A DNA stretch of 64,000 nt from Microcoleus sp. (GTDB lineage: Bacteria > Cyanobacteriota > Cyanobacteriia > Cyanobacteriales > Microcoleaceae): the NCBI GenBank assembly GCA_042408215.1, contig JAYFMW010000022.1, positions 1 to 64,000 on the forward strand, given 5' to 3'. The notes beneath the pieces were generated by a model, which ran no database searches, was not told where the DNA came from, and saw nothing but the letters and a program-made list of their open reading frames with translations. This document shows, piece by piece, positions 58,652 through 64,000 of the stretch. How positions within the stretch are numbered: position 1 is the first letter of the stretch; each line of letters begins with the position of its first letter. The position numbers were made by a program, and so were the translations under genes.

Positions 58652-59101
58652 ATGAAGATACACTACCCGTGCGATCGCGTCAGACTGCGGTTAAGTTCGA
58701 TCGTAACCTTAGCCTTGGCAATGATTTTAGCTCCTGTGGGCGCTGTTCGGAGCCAACCGCTACAAATTGCTCCGGGATTTCCCGAACCGCTGAATATTTC
58801 TGGGGTTTCCGGCGGCCCGAACAATAGCGGCGACTGCGGTTTTATTTCCCAAGCACCAAACCACGTCATCAATGTTACCCAAGATTTACCTTATTGGCGG
58901 ATTGCAGTACAAACCGCTGGGGCTCCGAGTTTGATGATTCAAGGGCCGAGGGGGCGTTTCTGCGTGCTACCCGCGAATGCTGCTGCGGGGAATGTCGAAT
59001 TTTCCGGTTACGGGGACAAGGGAACTTATACTATCTTTGTGGGCGATCGATCTCAAGGTCAACACCCTTATTCTCTCTCTATTTCTCAGAAACGAAACTA
59101 A
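58652..59101 (+). CDS. Putative secreted hypothetical protein
   Basis: Signal-like segment; CGFI..APNH, GP.GRFC, GTYTIFVGD; start uncertain. Confidence 0.7.
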   Translation: MKIHYPCDRVRLRLSSIVTLALAMILAPVGAVRSQPLQIAPGFPEPLNISGVSGGPNNSGDCGFISQAPNHVINVTQDLPYWRIAVQTAGAPSLMIQGPRGRFCVLPANAAAGNVEFSGYGDKGTYTIFVGDRSQGQHPYSLSISQKRN

Positions 59102-59286
59102 AAAAACAACTGGATTTTAGATCGATATTGGTAATTGGGCATAGCGCAGAGGGCATCGGGCATTGGGAAACAGTCAAGTTTGTAGTCATGGCTAAAGTCC
59201 TCAATTTGGGATTTGAGATTTATTATCGCGTTTAAATTTGGGATGCGTGAATCTTCAATCCAAAATCCAAAATTTAAAATCTAAAA

Positions 59287-59931
59287 TTAGGCGATTTGCT
59301 CTCTCACCCACTTACGAAACAATCTGAGAGTTTGACTTGTGCCCGCCGTTTGACTTTGTTCGCAATATAGAGAAACAGCCTCAATAATTGGCAAATTGGG
59401 AAATGTTGGACTAATTTCAGATGCAACATATTTCCCATCTTCAAGCACATTAATTTCAAGCTTGTTATTTTCGTACCGCCAAATTTCCGGTACTCCCAGC
59501 GCCTCGTAAGCATCTAGTTGAGTCTTGGAAGTTAGATCGACTTCAATTGCTAAGTCAGGCGGCGGATCGACTGTCAAGTCTATGCGCTTTTTGCCAATCA
59601 TTAAAGCGTAATTCTGAATGTAAAAACATTCATCAGGTTCAATTCCTTGCAACATACTTTTTCGTTTGAAAGTCGTAGAACCAAATGGTTCAAAGTCGAT
59701 TTCTAATTCCTCAAACAAAATTTTCACTAAATAGCCAATAATGATTTTAGCTTTCTCGTGTTCTGGTAGTGGCATCCTAATCTCCAAAGTTCCTTGACTG
59801 TAAGCTATTCTAGAGGCCCGGTGTTCTCCCAACTCTTCTAAAATTGCTTCAAATTCCTGCCAGTTGACATCATGGAACAGCACTCTATGTCCAGGCGGTA
59901 CAGTGATTTGTCTTAATTGCAGCGTTACCAT
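59287..59931 (-). CDS. Uma2 family endonuclease
   Basis: EPDECFY, PPDLAIEVD, GVPEIW. Confidence 0.9.
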   Translation of the reverse strand: MVTLQLRQITVPPGHRVLFHDVNWQEFEAILEELGEHRASRIAYSQGTLEIRMPLPEHEKAKIIIGYLVKILFEELEIDFEPFGSTTFKRKSMLQGIEPDECFYIQNYALMIGKKRIDLTVDPPPDLAIEVDLTSKTQLDAYEALGVPEIWRYENNKLEINVLEDGKYVASEISPTFPNLPIIEAVSLYCEQSQTAGTSQTLRLFRKWVREQIA

Positions 59932-59948
59932 TTCAACCTCCGATTGAT

Positions 59949-60561
59949 TTAAGTTATAGAGCTAAAAACCTGCTCAACAGTCAGATCAAGTTCCGGGAAA
60001 GCAGACGAAATAATGCGATCGCCCTTTCGGAATTGGCTAACCTGGTATTCCCCATCAACCAACTGGTAAATCGAGACAGTAGGTTGCTTCGGATTACCGA
60101 TGAATCGTCGGCCACCCAAAGCAGCATAGTCAACAACCCAGTATTCCGGGATACCCAACCTTTCATACTCAGCCACTTTGACAAGGTAATCATCTTGCCA
60201 GTTAATGCTAACTACTTCGACAACAACTTTAACAGAACTACCTTGAGAAATAACTGATGATTTTTTCCAGAGTGGCTCTGAAATTAAGGCTGGTTTGTCT
60301 AGAACTATGAGATCGGGCTGGTAGCCCGTGGTCGTTTCTGGAGGTCTGACAAAATAAGTTGATGGTGTTACATAAGGAAGATTTAAACGGTCAATTTCTA
60401 CGTTAATTTTACGAATCAAAAAACCAGTAACTTCCTCATGGTCGCCGTTTGGATTCATCTCAACTATTACTCCATTGCGTAACTCGAAACGTCCTTTTCC
60501 ATCTGGATACCATTCTAAAAAATCTTCAAATGCGATCGCTTTGACTATGGCTTGAATCATT
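59949..60561 (-). CDS. Uma2 family endonuclease
   Basis: FELRNG, QPDL, VEVVS, GIPEYWVVD; start approximate. Confidence 0.88.
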
Positions 60562-60619
60562 AAACATTCTCCTTTCATATAACCCTATGATATCACAGAT
60601 TAATTAGGTGGTGTGATGT

Positions 60620-62065
60620 TTAATTTTTTTGCTGTTTATAAAGTTCCTTAAACTTGCGCTGCTGCTCGTTATGATCTACGATCGGATCTGGATAAGGAAG
60701 AGTTCTTCGCACTAAAGGCAAAATATTTCCTGTGAGCAAAAGCTTCGTATCTACTCGGCGCAATTCAGGCACCCAGTGCCGAATATATTCCCCTTCCGGG
60801 TCAAATTTTTGAGCTTGACTCGCGGGATTAAATATGCGTAAAGGTTTCGGGTCCATGCCACTCGATGCACTCCACTGCCAGCCGCCATTATTAGCAGAAA
60901 GGTCGCCGTCTATCAATTTTTGCATAAAGTATTTTTCCCCCCACTGCCAGTTAATAATTAAATCTTTGGTGAGGAAACTAGCCACTATCATCCGGCACCG
61001 ATTGTGCATCCAACCTGTCTGATTTAATTGCCGCATTGCCGCATCTATAATTGGATAGCCAGTTTGGCCTCTACACCAGGCTTGAAATAGTTTTTCATCA
61101 TTCTCCCAAGGAAAGTCTTTGAATGCTTGACGGTGGGGCCCATCTGCTAATTCCGGGAAGTTATACATGGCGTGTTGATAAAATTCTCGCCACGCTAATT
61201 CCTGTTGCCAAGTACGGATATTTGTGCGCGCTTCTTCGTTGCGGCAATTGTCCATTACTCTCTGGGTAGCTTGCCAAACCGTGCGAATACCTATGGCACC
61301 AAATTTGAGGGCGGGGCTGAGTTGGGATGTGCCATTAATTATTGGGAAATTGCGTTTTTCTTGATATTCGTAAATTGCCCGATCGCAAAATTCTTCCAAC
61401 TTTTCTCGCGCTGCATCTGATCCGGGTTCTATTAACAATGGACTTTCCCAAATAAATCCCAAATCCTTCGCACTTGGCAACAATTGAATTGCACCGGCTT
61501 GGCGTGCAATTTCTTGTTCTTCTGGGGTTAATCCTGTCATTTGTTCGAGAGACGTTATCGGCAGTGTCTCTACTGGTTCGGCTTTAGGTTTGCTATTCCA
61601 ATTTTTCCAAAAAGGGGTATAAACTGTGTAAGGATGTCCGGCACCGGTGCGAATTTCGTCCGGGGCGTGTAGCAGTTGATCCCAGAAGTTTTGGAGAGTA
61701 ATTCCTGCTTGCTGAAGGGCGTTTGATACTGCCAAATCGCGCTCTTTTGCATAGGGTTCTACATCCCAATTCCAAAATACTGCTTTGGCATTTATAGCTG
61801 TGGCTAATTTCGGTATTCCTTGACTAGGCTCATCTTGAATTATCAGTAATTGGCTGCCAGATTCAGCGTAACTGTGCTGAAGTTTTTGCAAGCAGCCGAT
61901 CATATATGTGACTCTGGCGGGCGCTACGTCGTCAAGATTTAAGATATTGCGATCGAGACAGAAGATCCCGACTACTTTAGGACTTTGCTGGTGTGCCGCT
62001 GCTAGTCCGATGTTATCACAAATACGCAAGTCGCGGCGGTGCCAAAATAGAATTAGATCAGACAT
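60620..62065 (-). CDS. phrA: Class I CPD photolyase
   Basis: [47 protein letters not shown]. Confidence 0.94.
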   Translation of the reverse strand: MSDLILFWHRRDLRICDNIGLAAAHQQSPKVVGIFCLDRNILNLDDVAPARVTYMIGCLQKLQHSYAESGSQLLIIQDEPSQGIPKLATAINAKAVFWNWDVEPYAKERDLAVSNALQQAGITLQNFWDQLLHAPDEIRTGAGHPYTVYTPFWKNWNSKPKAEPVETLPITSLEQMTGLTPEEQEIARQAGAIQLLPSAKDLGFIWESPLLIEPGSDAAREKLEEFCDRAIYEYQEKRNFPIINGTSQLSPALKFGAIGIRTVWQATQRVMDNCRNEEARTNIRTWQQELAWREFYQHAMYNFPELADGPHRQAFKDFPWENDEKLFQAWCRGQTGYPIIDAAMRQLNQTGWMHNRCRMIVASFLTKDLIINWQWGEKYFMQKLIDGDLSANNGGWQWSASSGMDPKPLRIFNPASQAQKFDPEGEYIRHWVPELRRVDTKLLLTGNILPLVRRTLPYPDPIVDHNEQQRKFKELYKQQKN

Positions 62066-62111
62066 TTGATTTGAGATTTGAGATTTTACAGTCCTGGATG
62101 CACTCCGACCA

Positions 62112-62180
62112 AAGAAACCGGGTTTTTTACCGAATCTGCGGGTCACAACGAAGTATTTTTGTAAAAAAACCCGGTTTCTG
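62112..62180. repeat. Inverted repeat agaaaccgggttttt / aaaaacccggtttct
   Basis: Direct inspection. Confidence 0.7.
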
Positions 62181-62260
62181 GACCCCCCCATGCGTAAGTC
62201 ATCTTTTAGATTTTAGAACTACCTCCACGGATCGATCCGGGAGGTTGTGACCAAATCGTT

Positions 62261-62809
62261 TTAAGTTAAAAAAGGACGGGCTAAGAAAAAGCTAGAAATA
62301 GATTTTGCATCTATTGGTTCCCCAGCTAAAATAGCTTTTTCTAATTCTTCAGGAGTGAATAAAACTGTTTCCATGTCTTCATCATCGTCTTGTGCTGGCG
62401 GCTTTTCCAGTTTTTCCAAATCTTGGGCTAAAAAAGCATAAATGATTTCGTCGGAATAACCGGGGGCGAGCAAAAATTCCCCTAATTTTTGCCATTTTCC
62501 AGCGCGATATCCGGTTTCTTCTTCGATTTCGCGTTTAATAGTTTCGGCGGGGTTTTCATTAGCTTCTATCGTACCGGCCGGAAATTCTAAAATTCGCCCT
62601 TTAGCAGCAAAACGATATTGTCGCACCAAGACGAGTTTACCTTCGGGTGTGACGGGAACTGCAAGTGCTCCGCCCGGGTGGCGAATACATTCCCACTCGC
62701 CTTCGGAACCGTTGGGAAGACGGAGGGTGTTTACGTCAAAATTAAATTTGCGCCCTTGGTAAAATAGGCGTTGTTTGAGGAGTTGGGGTAGTTCTTCACC
62801 GATCGACAT
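62261..62809 (-). CDS. NUDIX hydrolase (ADP-ribose pyrophosphatase-like)
   Basis: HPGGA, RQYRFA, PAGTIE..REIEEETGY. Confidence 0.9.
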   Translation of the reverse strand: MSIGEELPQLLKQRLFYQGRKFNFDVNTLRLPNGSEGEWECIRHPGGALAVPVTPEGKLVLVRQYRFAAKGRILEFPAGTIEANENPAETIKREIEEETGYRAGKWQKLGEFLLAPGYSDEIIYAFLAQDLEKLEKPPAQDDDEDMETVLFTPEELEKAILAGEPIDAKSISSFFLARPFLT

Positions 62810-62976
62810 AAGCAAGAAGTGAATAATGTTTGAGTGTACCGATTTAAGACATCATATCAAATCCGGTTGCATCGGAATGATTCTATTTTTTGGGAATTGG
62901 TCATTGGGAATTGGTCATTGGGAATTGGGAATTGGGAATTGGGAATTGGTCATTGATGATTAGTTTTGTGCCTTTT

Positions 62977-63465
62977 CTACAGTATCATTTTTTGGACTCC
63001 CGAACAGTCTGCGGTTTGCAGGAGTTGTGCGATCGCACTTCCCGTCACTGGATGCACCCAATCCGGGGCAATTTCCGCTAAAGGTACTAATACAAAAGCT
63101 CTTTCCGTCATCCGGGGGTGAGGTAGAGTCAGTGTCGGAGTTTCTAGGATTAAATTATCATACAGCAGCAAATCTAGGTCTAGGGTTCTCGGCCCCCATT
63201 TTTCTCGACGCAGGCGATTAAATTTTAGTTCAATTTTTAGTAACTTTGCTAGCAGTTGTTGTGGTTCTAGGGTAACTTCTAGGATGGCACAGGCGTTGAT
63301 GTAATCGGGTTGTGGTGGCCCGACTGGAGCTGTTTGATACCAGCTTGAATGGGATTTTACTGCTATTCCTGGGGTGTTGTTGAGGGTGGCGATCGCGCTT
63401 TTGAGAATTGTGAGGGAGTCGCCTAGGTTGCTACCGAGGGCGATCGCACATTTTGTTGATTGCAT
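62977..63465 (-). CDS. folK: 2-amino-4-hydroxy-6-hydroxymethyldihydropteridine diphosphokinase
   Basis: [30 protein letters not shown]. Confidence 0.95.
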   Translation of the reverse strand: MQSTKCAIALGSNLGDSLTILKSAIATLNNTPGIAVKSHSSWYQTAPVGPPQPDYINACAILEVTLEPQQLLAKLLKIELKFNRLRREKWGPRTLDLDLLLYDNLILETPTLTLPHPRMTERAFVLVPLAEIAPDWVHPVTGSAIAQLLQTADCSGVQKMIL

Positions 63466-63665
63466 TGGAAGTTGAATTGGAATATTTTAACCGCAGAGAA
63501 CGCAGAGAACACAGAGGGAGATCGGAGAGATGAATAATTCTGATGAAGAGTGGATTTGATATAAGTCTCGATGGTTCTGTAAAATATTGTTTTAATCTTA
63601 GCTTAATTTCTGCTTAATCTTTGTTGATTATCATTGATAAATATCAGTGTTTAATTGGGAAATTA

Positions 63666-64000
63666 ATGAGTTTGCACCGTCTCCTTTTGTCTGCCTTCAT
63701 TCTAGTAACTATCAATTTTACAACAAGTACATCGATCGCTTTGGCTGAAACTAAGGAAACCTATTTTACAGTAAATTCCGATGATAGTCAATCTTTTGCC
63801 AGCTTAGTTCAGCAGGCGGAAGATTTAGCCGCATTGTCGATCGCCCGTGAGTTCCAAGAAAATCCCGGATTGACAGAGGTGACGATTATAGTTACAGCGG
63901 ATCGCAGCAGACGTATGGTTCCAGTTTTGCGATCGAGAGTATCTCGCAACCAGTGGCAAAAAAATTCGCGAATCGAACAGTGGACTAGATATTTTGCTGA
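63666..64000 (+). CDS. Secreted hypothetical protein, truncated by the window end
   Basis: MSLHRLLLSAFILV..ALAETKE..PVLRSRVSRNQWQ..EQWTRYF; frame stays open to the window edge. Confidence 0.7.
   Translation, partial: MSLHRLLLSAFILVTINFTTSTSIALAETKETYFTVNSDDSQSFASLVQQAEDLAALSIAREFQENPGLTEVTIIVTADRSRRMVPVLRSRVSRNQWQKNSRIEQWTRYFA

Noticed and set aside
62066..62191. N-terminal extension of the photolyase in the ORF track
   Set aside because: Encoded by an inverted repeat and STRR; homology begins at MSDLIL

Overview
64 kb of chromosome from a filamentous cyanobacterium. GCGATCGC (HIP1) octamers, 7-bp STRR tracts and the repeat families suggest Oscillatoriales/Microcoleaceae (inference). The backbone is mostly housekeeping genes: amidohydrolase, PerR/FurC-type Fur, ycf55-like regulator, CRR6, surE, pdhC, aas, recQ, tsaC, larC, mntCAB, cbiMNQ/O, hglK-like, phrA, NUDIX and folK. 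Main points of interest: (1) Two catalytically intact TnpB elements (IS607-like and IS200/IS605-like) each carry a small divergent ribbon-helix-helix gene instead of a transposase. At least two protein-free cassettes keep only a promoter plus a TnpB omegaRNA-like scaffold; one of them (6302-6487) aligns with both ends and the omegaRNA of the TnpB element at 36874-38356. These are candidate stand-alone, trans-acting guide RNA elements. (2) A HetC-like C39/ABC exporter-HlyD-HetP-RTX-PpiC-small peptide cluster. (3) Two cobalamin riboswitches, one leading an uncharacterised 37-aa ORF, a hypothetical gene, a methyltransferase and possibly cbiO. (4) Decayed or minimal defence-like modules: a HEPN remnant, an REase+TOPRIM pair and an orphan antitoxin. 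(5) Abundant nested MITE/REP-like repeats, some with filled and empty copies in the same window. No rRNA, tRNA or true CRISPR array was recognised. All family assignments come from motif recognition by eye; no searches were run.
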